Source of the DNA: Candidatus Heimdallarchaeota archaeon
GTDB taxonomy: Archaea; Asgardarchaeota; Heimdallarchaeia; Heimdallarchaeales; Kariarchaeaceae
DNA length: 32,000 bases
Reading direction: 5' to 3'
Assembly: GCA_030149205.1 (NCBI GenBank)
Contig: JASBSB010000006.1
Coordinates: 390,001-422,000 of the forward strand
In this document: positions 8,375 through 16,413 of the stretch, one piece after another
Layout of the letters: each line of letters starts with the position of its first letter
How positions within the stretch are numbered: the first letter of the stretch is position 1
The notes under the pieces: model-generated
The model's database searches: none
The model's input: only the letters and a program-made list of their open reading frames with translations
What the model was told of the DNA's origin: nothing
Translations under genes and position numbers: made by a program

Positions 8375-8601
8375 TCCAACAATAGTTAAAGATTTATGAT
8401 CCTTAGGTTTTCATATACTAAATTTTAGACGTTATAAATTGAGTTCACGACTTAAATTATAGGTCTAAAACCTCCTGTATTGATTGAACATTTAAACTGA
8501 CATCCTTTTGACCTCCATGTGATGCTGCAAAACTATCTACTCCAATTTCCATTAGCATAGATTCTAATCAGAGATTTAAAGACTGATTTCATCACTAATC
8601 C
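8375..8601. repeat. Chimeric duplicated segment: 3' end of the HAAS gene fused to the 5' end and promoter of the LLM gene
   Basis: 8375-8473 aligns to 8737-8836 (one 1-nt gap) and 8462-8601 aligns to 540-679. The two sources share gctccaaaacct (540-551 and 8825-8836); the chimera has ggtctaaaacct at 8462-8473. Confidence 0.93.
8457..8552 (-). pseudogene. 31-codon truncated paralogue of the LLM N-terminus (MEIGVDSFAASHGGQKDVSLNVQSIQEVLDL*)
   Basis: Manual translation; ATG at 8552 and TAA at 8457-8459 just past the junction. Confidence 0.8.
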
Positions 8602-8733
8602 CTTAAAGTCCGAATCACCATTTAGTACCAGAATTGTTCACACAACTTGATCTCTATAAATATAAATTCCTAGAATCTAAGGGTTAAATATTAAAATTAT
8701 TTTAAACTTTTATGAGACATCCACTCTCTTTAG

Positions 8734-9786
8734 TTATCCCACAATAGTTAATGATTTATGATCCTTAGGTTTCCATGTGCCAAATTTGAAGACATTATAA
8801 ATTGAGTTCACGACTTGAATTATGGCTCCAAAACCTAAGAGATATCTAAGATCCAAGTCATATGACCCAGTAACAGCTTGATAGAAAAATGTTCCAAACG
8901 TTTCATGGATCCACAAGTCCAGATTGAAGGGGTAGAACACAAAAAACATCGCCATAACTATTCCAGAACTGATGTCTACAATTCCATCAATCAACCTTGA
9001 AGCTTTTATCTCTCCCACGAACATTCTTATCATACCTCTGATGATATCCAATGATAATGCGAAAATTGTCAGGTAAATACCCATGGAATACCAAGTTGGA
9101 TTGAATACTGACAATGAAAGGATATAAGAGATGTAAAGAACGAAGATAATGGCTCCTGCATTCCATACAGCCTCTAGGAATCCGCTCAGATGAGCTCCAA
9201 AAGCGGATATTTTTTGCTTTCTTTTCTCCTTTAACTGCTCTGCTGGACTTTTAGGAACCTTTTCATCACCCCGTGCAAATCGATTACGAAGTCTTTTTAC
9301 CTGTCTTTCAAACTCTGCTCTATCCCTGTAATAGAGAGTTAGTGCAATTATTGGAATGACCACTACTACAAAACCAAGTCTGTCAAACAGATCAAAGGGT
9401 GCAAGACCAGGGGTGTAGATGCTGGCCACCCAAGATATTGCAAAAAGCAAAATTGTTGCAATAAGAGTGCCTACCCCTGATAAAATTATAATTTGACCTT
9501 CAGTCAACTGAGGCTCAGGAACAGGAGATTTGGTCTCTGCCCAATTTCCATATGTTCCCGTTCTTAACTCTGCCAAGAAGTCCTGTGCGAGAACCTTTGG
9601 ATCCTCCATTTGATCTAGAGCATATTGGAATGCCTCATCAACACCTGCCCCAGTTTTAGTTGAGTAGTTATTTGCGAGGTCCCAGATGTGGTTTTGTAGT
9701 TCCAAGACTATGTCATCTGCATCTGGGTGATTTTGAAGTGCTTGTCTCACCTCATTTATGAATTGATTTACGTTTGTATTAGACAC
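8734..9786 (-). CDS. Membrane protein with N-terminal HAAS/DUF1700-like helical domain (PadR partner)
   Basis: FINEVRQAL..DDIVLELQNHIWD...EAFQYALDQMEDPKVLAQDF pattern followed by several TM helices. GTG at 9786, preceded by AGGTGA and overlapping the padR stop, is preferred over the track start. Confidence 0.75.
   Translation of the reverse strand: MSNTNVNQFINEVRQALQNHPDADDIVLELQNHIWDLANNYSTKTGAGVDEAFQYALDQMEDPKVLAQDFLAELRTGTYGNWAETKSPVPEPQLTEGQIIILSGVGTLIATILLFAISWVASIYTPGLAPFDLFDRLGFVVVVIPIIALTLYYRDRAEFERQVKRLRNRFARGDEKVPKSPAEQLKEKRKQKISAFGAHLSGFLEAVWNAGAIIFVLYISYILSLSVFNPTWYSMGIYLTIFALSLDIIRGMIRMFVGEIKASRLIDGIVDISSGIVMAMFFVFYPFNLDLWIHETFGTFFYQAVTGSYDLDLRYLLGFGAIIQVVNSIYNVFKFGTWKPKDHKSLTIVG
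8737..8836. repeat. Source copy 2 (last ~33 codons of the HAAS gene) of the diverged repeat at 8375-8473
   Basis: Shared blocks acaatagttaa, gatttatgatccttaggttt and ttataaattgagttcacgactt. Confidence 0.95.
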
Positions 9787-10171
9787 TGTTTTCACCTTTT
9801 GTATTTGCTTCACGCAGTTTCTTTAAGAAGTAGTAATGTCGATCCCATTCAAGACCAAGTGTATTCATCACAGAAACCCCTTGCTCAGTTAGAAAATAAT
9901 GCTTTCGCGGAGGTCCAACATCCGAAGGTTGAACCTTTGAAAAAATGAGTCTGTCCTTCTCTAATCTTCTAAGTATGGCATAAAAAGTTGCATTTGACGC
10001 ATCAAATTCACCTTGTGTAAGCTCAAGCAACTTTTCACTGATTTTGTACCCATAGACACCCCCTGTATTCTGATACAAACGGATTACAAGGAGAAGGGAA
10101 AGTCTGAGACTGCTGTTCTTCAGTGAGTCTAGCTCTTTGTGTAACCAGGTTGACTCTTCTAGGTTCACCAC
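9779..10171 (-). CDS. PadR-family transcriptional regulator
   Basis: LLLVIR...YGYKISEKL..ASNATFYAILRRLEKDRLI...GPPRKHYFLTEQG. Start uncertain; GTG 10171/10168 preferred over the hydrophobic N-terminal extension in the track. Confidence 0.9.
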   Translation of the reverse strand: MVNLEESTWLHKELDSLKNSSLRLSLLLVIRLYQNTGGVYGYKISEKLLELTQGEFDASNATFYAILRRLEKDRLIFSKVQPSDVGPPRKHYFLTEQGVSVMNTLGLEWDRHYYFLKKLREANTKGENSV

Positions 10172-10393
10172 TACTATCAATATGATAATAGTTAAGATAG
10201 TATATAAGGATTTACAAATAGAGTTGTACTCTTTCAAAGCAATCGATTTTATGGAAATCAGATCTTTTGAGTATCAACACTCTTGGATAACAAAAATTGA
10301 TCCTTAAAATAGAATAACAACGTATTGAACTTAATATTAAACCTAAAAAAGGTAAGATTAAACTGCTCAGTGTCTATTATGTATCAAATTTTA

Positions 10394-11185
10394 TTATTTA
10401 AAAGCTGAAAAAATGACCGACTCAAAGGGAACTTCTGTAAGGTTAATTTTTAAATTTTCAGTGAACGAATGTGAGGTTTGTACCTCTTGAAACCCTGCTT
10501 TATGAAGTCTTTCGATATATTCCTCCTTTGAATTAGCACCTCCAATACAGGCACAATAGAACTCATCTTTCTCTGCTTCAGGTATGTTTGAATCAAGAGT
10601 TATCATATCTGCGAACACCAATCTTCCTCCATCCTTAAGAACACGGTAAGCTTCTTTGAAGACTGTTTCTTTGTCCTCAATTAGGTTAATAACACAGTTA
10701 CTAATCACCACATCAAATTGCGCCTTCTCAAAAGGAAGATTTTCAATATCACCTTGCACAAATTCTACGTTTTTATGCCTTAAATTCTTCAGGTTTTCAT
10801 TTGCTAACTTGATCATATCTGATGAAAAATCAATCCCTGTTACTTGGTTGTTTGTTAAATCAGCAATTTTGAATACATCACTCCCAGGTCCAGAACCTAG
10901 GTCTAGCACACTCTCATTTTGTTGAAGGTTCACCTCGTCAATTAAATTTGTATTGCATCCAAATGATGGTACAGGGGTCACTTTTGAAGGAGTTGGTGTG
11001 GTTTTGCTTATTTCTTCTTCACCAGTACAGCATCCAGATTGTTCATCAAAGGTCTTTATTGCCTTAGTTACAGTTTCACAGCAATCATCATCACAGCATT
11101 GATCATCCTTTCCTGCGAGTAGATTCTTTGCCCTGTCAGAGTAAGCTTTTTTGACACGTAATTTAATTTCATCTGTCATAATCAT
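10394..11185 (-). CDS. arsM: Arsenite S-adenosylmethionine methyltransferase
   Basis: SFGC, VLDLGSGPG (SAM motif I), FDVVISNCVINL, LKDGGRLVFAD and ACIGGA. The three Cys positions typical of ArsM/AS3MT are present. Confidence 0.85.
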   Translation of the reverse strand: MIMTDEIKLRVKKAYSDRAKNLLAGKDDQCCDDDCCETVTKAIKTFDEQSGCCTGEEEISKTTPTPSKVTPVPSFGCNTNLIDEVNLQQNESVLDLGSGPGSDVFKIADLTNNQVTGIDFSSDMIKLANENLKNLRHKNVEFVQGDIENLPFEKAQFDVVISNCVINLIEDKETVFKEAYRVLKDGGRLVFADMITLDSNIPEAEKDEFYCACIGGANSKEEYIERLHKAGFQEVQTSHSFTENLKINLTEVPFESVIFSAFK

Positions 11186-11319
11186 TTATTGTTGAATTTA
11201 ATTAATAAATCTTTATCCCAATAAATACCATGAAAAAGTACTAACTTTGCTTCATAAAAACACATTTTGTTATGTTAAATCAAACATTCACAGATAAGTA
11301 CATTTTAATTGTATATTAA

Positions 11320-11345
11320 CTGGATTCATCTGTTGATTTATCCAG
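11320..11345. promoter_or_regulatory. Imperfect palindrome (putative operator) just downstream of a TATA-like element, in the arsM/trmB divergent region
   Basis: ctggatTCatc-tgtt-gatTTatccag, preceded by ttgtatatta at 11309-11318 and 18 nt upstream of ATG 11363. Confidence 0.45.
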
Positions 11346-11362
11346 ATTCTTCCATTGACGAA

Positions 11363-12130
11363 ATGTTTTCATTCCTTTATGACCCAATTTTTGAGTTTAC
11401 AAAATTAGAGGCTAAAATCCTATCATTCCTAATTAGCGAAAATGGGGATTTTAATGTTCCACAGCTTTCACATTCACTCAATGTGCATAATCCAAAGCTG
11501 TATCAAGCATTGAATTCTCTACACGAAAAATACTTGGTTCAGGTTGTTGAGAGTATAAGACCTAAAAGATTCAAGTTTACAGAGCCAGAACATCTACGAA
11601 TCTACCTAGAAAACAGATTGAAACAGGAGGTTTCATCTAAGACTAAGGTAATTGAAAGCATTCTGGAAATCTGCACTAAGCAGACCTATGTAAATGAACC
11701 TTCACAACTCTTATCACTCTTGAAAGGTAAGGAGTTAGAAAGGCACATCATAAGTCATATTAATTCCTCTCAAAAAGAGGTCAGGTTAATTTTGGGTACA
11801 GGATTCAAAAATATTATTGAAACGATTAAATTACCACTTAAATCAGCTTCTCAATTTGGGTCAAGAATTAAAATTGCCATACCAGCCATAAAAGAATTTG
11901 AAGAGATATTAAGGGAATTACCAGACTCAGTAAAAGTTAAGAAAAGTCAATTAGAATTCAACTCATACATCACTGTTGATAACAAGCGATTGTTGAAAAT
12001 CATGCATAATTCGAATGGGCATATAGGCTTACTGACAAATGATGATTTGTTTGTTAACTATATTGATACTTGCTGGAACAACACAGAATGCTGCATAGTT
12101 CCCCCAAATAAGATCAACCTTTCTTTTTAA
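11363..12130 (+). CDS. TrmB-family transcriptional regulator (N-terminal wHTH, C-terminal effector domain)
   Basis: FTKLEAKILSFLI..VPQLSHSLNVHNPKLYQALNSLHEKYLV..RPKRFK, and C-terminal SSQKEVRLI...ITVDNKRLL. Start ATG 11363 preferred over TTG 11309. Confidence 0.8.
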   Translation: MFSFLYDPIFEFTKLEAKILSFLISENGDFNVPQLSHSLNVHNPKLYQALNSLHEKYLVQVVESIRPKRFKFTEPEHLRIYLENRLKQEVSSKTKVIESILEICTKQTYVNEPSQLLSLLKGKELERHIISHINSSQKEVRLILGTGFKNIIETIKLPLKSASQFGSRIKIAIPAIKEFEEILRELPDSVKVKKSQLEFNSYITVDNKRLLKIMHNSNGHIGLLTNDDLFVNYIDTCWNNTECCIVPPNKINLSF

Positions 12131-12779
12131 GCTGTAAAGATGTTAAGGCAGAGATTATTGTGTAGCTAATAATTAAAAGAATAACACCATAAAAAATTGC
12201 CACCTCATAGCTCCCTTTGCTGGTTTCTGTAACAATTGCTGTGGTGAGAACCCTGGTGTAGCCTTTGAGATTCCCTCCAACAATTAATACTGCACCTACT
12301 TCAGAGAACGCCCTCCCAAATGCGGAGATTATCCCAATCAGTACTCCTTGTCTTGCCTCAGACCAGATATTCATTTGAATTTGTCTCTCTGTAGCACCCA
12401 GGGATTTCAACAGCAGTGGTATCTCATCAGAGATATCATTAACAGTACTTTTGGTGATTCCAGAAACGATTGGAAGTGTTAGAATAAATTGGGCAACAAC
12501 CATTGCCAAAGGTGTAAAAAGCAAATCAACAGATACCCATCCCAATGGACCCTGTTTGAATAATATGAGATAAATAACCAAGCCGACAAAGACTGGAGGA
12601 AGGCTCATAAGGGTGTTCAAAAGTGAAGTTGCCCAGAATCCATCATAACGCGTTGATCTTGCCATTCTGATTCCAAGGGGAACCCCTATTATTGTGGATA
12701 AGCCTACAGCGGTCAATGAGACTAAAAGGCTTAGGAATGTAATTTCGATGATTGAAGAGCTTACAATTAGATCTAACAT
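12114..12779 (-). CDS. tupB: Tungstate ABC transporter permease
   Basis: LNTLMSLPPVFVGL, LLFTPLAMVVAQFILTLPIV, FGRAFSEVGAVLIVGGNLKGYTRVLTTAIV. ATG 12779 is adjacent to the tupA stop. Confidence 0.88.
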   Translation of the reverse strand: MLDLIVSSSIIEITFLSLLVSLTAVGLSTIIGVPLGIRMARSTRYDGFWATSLLNTLMSLPPVFVGLVIYLILFKQGPLGWVSVDLLFTPLAMVVAQFILTLPIVSGITKSTVNDISDEIPLLLKSLGATERQIQMNIWSEARQGVLIGIISAFGRAFSEVGAVLIVGGNLKGYTRVLTTAIVTETSKGSYEVAIFYGVILLIISYTIISALTSLQLKKKG

Positions 12780-12780
12780 G

Positions 12781-13614
12781 TTAATTAGCCTCCTTGAAAA
12801 ACACCTGCTTTCCATCTATTCTATAGTTTAGGATCATGGGGAGATATGATAAGAGGAAACTTAAAAAACTACTTGCCCCATGGAAATTTCTCCCGGGATG
12901 TAATGATGGTGAAACGATTGAATATGAGTATCTGTTGTATAATAATGATTCGTTCCCTGTATAAACCACTTTAAGATTTAGATTTGTGATACTTTCCATT
13001 CTAATAAATGTAGCCATATCTGTGAAGGTGTAGGCACCTATTTGACCTGCCAACCTTAAGGTTGCAGCCATACCAGAACCACTCTCTCTGTACCATCCCG
13101 ATCTGGTGTCAACTGTCAGGTTTAAGGATCGCCAGATTTCTAATTCTCTTGAATGTGTCCCAGAAGAATCACCTCGAGAGATAAATTGGATACTCTTTTT
13201 CGATCCTTGTTCATACAGGTATGAGAACGCATCTAAGATTGATTGAAAGATTTTACCCTGTTTTGGCCCAACAAGTAAAAAATAATTATGAAACAACCTT
13301 GTGTAATTTATCCCAAACCCTTGGGAAACAAATTGACTTTCTGCAACAGGGTCATGTGTCAAGATTGCATCTACCTCTCCATCTCGAGCAAGCTGGATAG
13401 CTGCCCCACTTCCCTTTGCAATAACTCTGACAATAGTGTGTGGATATTTCTGATGATATCCGGTGATAATATAGTCTAGCACACCAGAATTATCAACTGA
13501 GGTGGTTGTGCCAAGCAGAAGTACGTCTTTGTTCTGATATGACACACTAAGTGTTGCAAATATCAACAGAGATGTTATCATCACTGAGCTAAGGTACACC
13601 TTCGATACAAACAT
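12781..13614 (-). CDS. tupA: Tungstate ABC transporter substrate-binding protein
   Basis: LGTTTSVDNSG, GSGAAIQLARDGEVD, FISRGDSSGTHSRE and YTFTD motifs. Confidence 0.88.
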   Translation of the reverse strand: MFVSKVYLSSVMITSLLIFATLSVSYQNKDVLLLGTTTSVDNSGVLDYIITGYHQKYPHTIVRVIAKGSGAAIQLARDGEVDAILTHDPVAESQFVSQGFGINYTRLFHNYFLLVGPKQGKIFQSILDAFSYLYEQGSKKSIQFISRGDSSGTHSRELEIWRSLNLTVDTRSGWYRESGSGMAATLRLAGQIGAYTFTDMATFIRMESITNLNLKVVYTGNESLLYNRYSYSIVSPSLHPGRNFHGASSFLSFLLSYLPMILNYRIDGKQVFFKEAN

Positions 13615-13665
13615 TTACCTAAACTATGGTTTGAGGTGAGATTTTTAATTTATGGATTAGGTGAA

Positions 13666-14562
13666 TCAAATATCCTTTGTTGGAAATTCTGAGGTAAGAG
13701 CCCATTTGTATCCTTTTTTTTCAAATAATTCAATAAATTTTTGTTTATCTTTTCCTCTGGTTCCTTTTTTATCAATCAAGAAAAACTTGTTCGGACCAAG
13801 TGTCTTGATATACGCCTGATCTATCAAAGATTCAGTAAAGTAGGCGTGATTGTGTTTTGGAACCACATGTCCCAACATAAACATCTTCTTTTCCACTCTT
13901 TTAATGAATCCAGGGCAATAATGTCCACCACCCACTCCAATTGCTGTAGTATCAGGCAATTCAAATTGAATTTTGTTTTCCCAATACTGAATTGTTTCTA
14001 AAATCACCTTTGCTACCACCAATGTTGCCTCCTGATCCTCCCACTCTGTTTTGGTCCCTCCACATTCAATAAATACTAATGGTGTACTCAGGCTTGTTGG
14101 CCCATGGTGAGTGCATTCAAAACCAATCCAGTATTCGTTCTCCTTTATTTCTGTAGCATGAATTTTTAGGTGATGAAAGGCAAAATATAGTACGTCAGCT
14201 GGAGTGTAAGAGAGCTGAGATTCTTTGCCACTGTTTCCAAACGTTGCTCCCCAGTTTCCAGTTGAATGTACAAGCAGAGCCTTCATTCCCGCTTTAGAAC
14301 TGTGTTTTGAAGCATATATGAGCAAATTTGCTGTCACACCCTGTTCAAGAAAATCGGATTCAATTTGAGATACTGGTATAGTTAATATCCCATTATTTGC
14401 AAGACTAGAAATATAGTAACTTCCTCTTGGCCAATGATTCGGAGGATCAAATTTTGTTTCTTTGGTGAAGTTTGCAAGTTCTAAAAGGTGATTCTTCATA
14501 TTTAAGCCTGCTTCATCAAGGGCTGAGACAATAATTAAGACATTGAATTCCATAGGTCTCAC
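13666..14562 (-). CDS. dtdA: D-aminoacyl-tRNA deacylase (archaeal DtdA/GEK1 type)
   Basis: SKHSS, HSTGNW, ECTHHGPT, FIECG and GVGGGHY motifs. GTGA overlap with the ftsY stop. Confidence 0.88.
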   Translation of the reverse strand: MRPMEFNVLIIVSALDEAGLNMKNHLLELANFTKETKFDPPNHWPRGSYYISSLANNGILTIPVSQIESDFLEQGVTANLLIYASKHSSKAGMKALLVHSTGNWGATFGNSGKESQLSYTPADVLYFAFHHLKIHATEIKENEYWIGFECTHHGPTSLSTPLVFIECGGTKTEWEDQEATLVVAKVILETIQYWENKIQFELPDTTAIGVGGGHYCPGFIKRVEKKMFMLGHVVPKHNHAYFTESLIDQAYIKTLGPNKFFLIDKKGTRGKDKQKFIELFEKKGYKWALTSEFPTKDI

Positions 14563-15470
14563 GGGATTAATTGATCCACAAACACATCTGCATTGAATTC
14601 TTTAAGATCATCATATGACTGTCCAACTCCAAGATACATAATTGGTTTTCCAATTGCTTTTGAAACAGAGAGTGTTGCACCACCTTTCACATCTGAATCT
14701 GCTTTGGTCATGATAACTCCGTCAATTCCTGCAACTTCATCAAATGTCTGTGCCTGACGAATAACATCATTTCCTGCCAAAGAGTCTCCAATGAATATTT
14801 TTATGTCAGGTTCTGTTTTCTCAACCAGTTTACGAAGTTCCTGCATCAGATTGTAATTATTCTGCATTCTTCCTGCTGTGTCAATCATAACAACATCTAT
14901 TCCTTTCGAATATGCGTGGTCTAAAGCATCTATTGCAACTGCAGTTGGGTCACCTCCCTTTTGGTGAGCTATGGTCTTAATTTTAAGGTTTTCTCCATGT
15001 TTGGTTAATTGGTCTATAGCACCTGCTCTAAATGTGTCTGAGGCAGAAAAAACAACTGAAAATCCCTTATTTTGTAACATATATGCCAGCTTTGCAAGGG
15101 TCGTGGTCTTTCCAGTTCCATTGATACCCATTATAACAATTACGTAAGGATCTCCTTCCTGAACCTTTTGCTTAACTTCAGCAACTAAGTCTCTCCTTTT
15201 TTCGGGTTCAATGATAGATCGAATTGACCTTCTGAGCCCTTCTTTCAGCATTGGTCTTGGGTCTCGGAATCTCTCATACTCTGTTTTATTCTGAATCAAC
15301 TCCTTCTTTAGTTTTTTACCAATTTCTTCGGCAACCTCAACTCCCACCTCATTTTGTATCATTAGATTGATAAGCTCCTGTACTGGTTCTCTAAGCGAAT
15401 TTTCATCCAATGTCTTGAATTTAAATTTGTTAATGAGCTTGTTTAAGCCATTTCTCAGTCTATCAAACAT
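14559..15470 (-). CDS. ftsY: Signal recognition particle receptor FtsY
   Basis: GINGTGKTT, DTFRAGA, DTAGR, TKAD, GVGQSYDDL. Start at ATG 15470 (MFDRLRNGL). Confidence 0.95.
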   Translation of the reverse strand: MFDRLRNGLNKLINKFKFKTLDENSLREPVQELINLMIQNEVGVEVAEEIGKKLKKELIQNKTEYERFRDPRPMLKEGLRRSIRSIIEPEKRRDLVAEVKQKVQEGDPYVIVIMGINGTGKTTTLAKLAYMLQNKGFSVVFSASDTFRAGAIDQLTKHGENLKIKTIAHQKGGDPTAVAIDALDHAYSKGIDVVMIDTAGRMQNNYNLMQELRKLVEKTEPDIKIFIGDSLAGNDVIRQAQTFDEVAGIDGVIMTKADSDVKGGATLSVSKAIGKPIMYLGVGQSYDDLKEFNADVFVDQLIP

Positions 15471-15625
15471 CTTTATTTGAATCACTGAGATTTCCCATAA
15501 GAAGATTGTTGTAAAGTCTCAGAGATTTAATTTGTATACTGACGTCATTAGAATATCTCTTTTCTTCTGTAAAAATTTGTTATTCAACGAACTCTTAAAA
15601 AAAGGTAAAGTGTAAGGGGTGTTAT

Positions 15626-15883
15626 ATGACTGAGGCAAAAATCTATAGAGTACAAGGTCACTATAGAAAGAACAAAAGAAACATCCCGTTAACCATGGAC
15701 ATAAGAGCAACCAAGGAACGTGAAGTTCTTGAAAAGGTGTTTGCAGAAGTTGGTAGCAGACATGGTGTAAAAAGAAAAGATATCATGATACCAAAGAAGG
15801 GTGGCTTAACTGTCATCAAAGATCCTTCAGAATCAAGAATGAAAGAGTTTGAAGACCTAGATAGCGAAGATTTTGAAATGTGA
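15626..15883 (+). CDS. rpl18a: 50S ribosomal protein L18Ae/LX (eL20)
   Basis: KIYRVQG...DIRATKEREVLEKVFAEVGSRHGVKRKDI; followed by pfdA as in other archaea. Confidence 0.88.
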   Translation: MTEAKIYRVQGHYRKNKRNIPLTMDIRATKEREVLEKVFAEVGSRHGVKRKDIMIPKKGGLTVIKDPSESRMKEFEDLDSEDFEM

Positions 15884-15891
15884 TGTGTTAG

Positions 15892-16356
15892 ATGTCAAAC
15901 TTACCGCAAATTGACCCCAAAAAAATTAATGAACTGCAGGGAGCATTACAACAATTACAAGCCCAAAATAATGCGTTAGAAGAACAAAGAGAGTTTTTCC
16001 TCAGAAACATCTCGGAGCTTAATGTTACCTTAGATACATTAAGGGGACTTAAAGAGCCAGATTATAAACAAGATATAATGATCCCACTTCCAGGAGGTGT
16101 TTATTTAACTGGAAGGATCACAGATTGGGAACGTATGTTAGTAAATGTTGGGGCAGGCACACTACTTCCTAAATCACTTGATGACTCTATAAAAGTTGTT
16201 GAAGAAAGAATTAAAGGGAGTAAGAATTTGGTACAGAGAATAACAGAAGAGCTTGCTAAAGTTGCAGAACAGACAAGGTCTATTCAAGGGGAGATTCAAT
16301 CTTTGCAATCTGGTAACTTCGGAATTCAACCTGACACAAAAACATATTCTAAATAG
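15892..16356 (+). CDS. pfdA: Prefoldin alpha subunit
   Basis: Coiled coil, then beta-hairpin IMIPLPGGVYLTG...MLVNVGAG, then coiled coil. Confidence 0.9.
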   Translation: MSNLPQIDPKKINELQGALQQLQAQNNALEEQREFFLRNISELNVTLDTLRGLKEPDYKQDIMIPLPGGVYLTGRITDWERMLVNVGAGTLLPKSLDDSIKVVEERIKGSKNLVQRITEELAKVAEQTRSIQGEIQSLQSGNFGIQPDTKTYSK

Positions 16357-16413
16357 TTAAAGAATAATTATTCTTAATGATTAATTCTTAGGTAAGAAAA
16401 ACCTAGACTTTAT

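Noticed and set aside
8375-8601. Diversity-generating retroelement template repeat with two variable regions
   Set aside because: Mismatches are not restricted to adenines on either strand (the copy has a, t, g and c at differing sites, plus an indel), and no reverse transcriptase is present in the window.
540-8836. Prophage or integrative element with attL/attR at the 12-bp core
   Set aside because: No integrase, recombinase or viral gene was recognised. The junction has duplication-type geometry, and the two perfect cores lie within intact genes.
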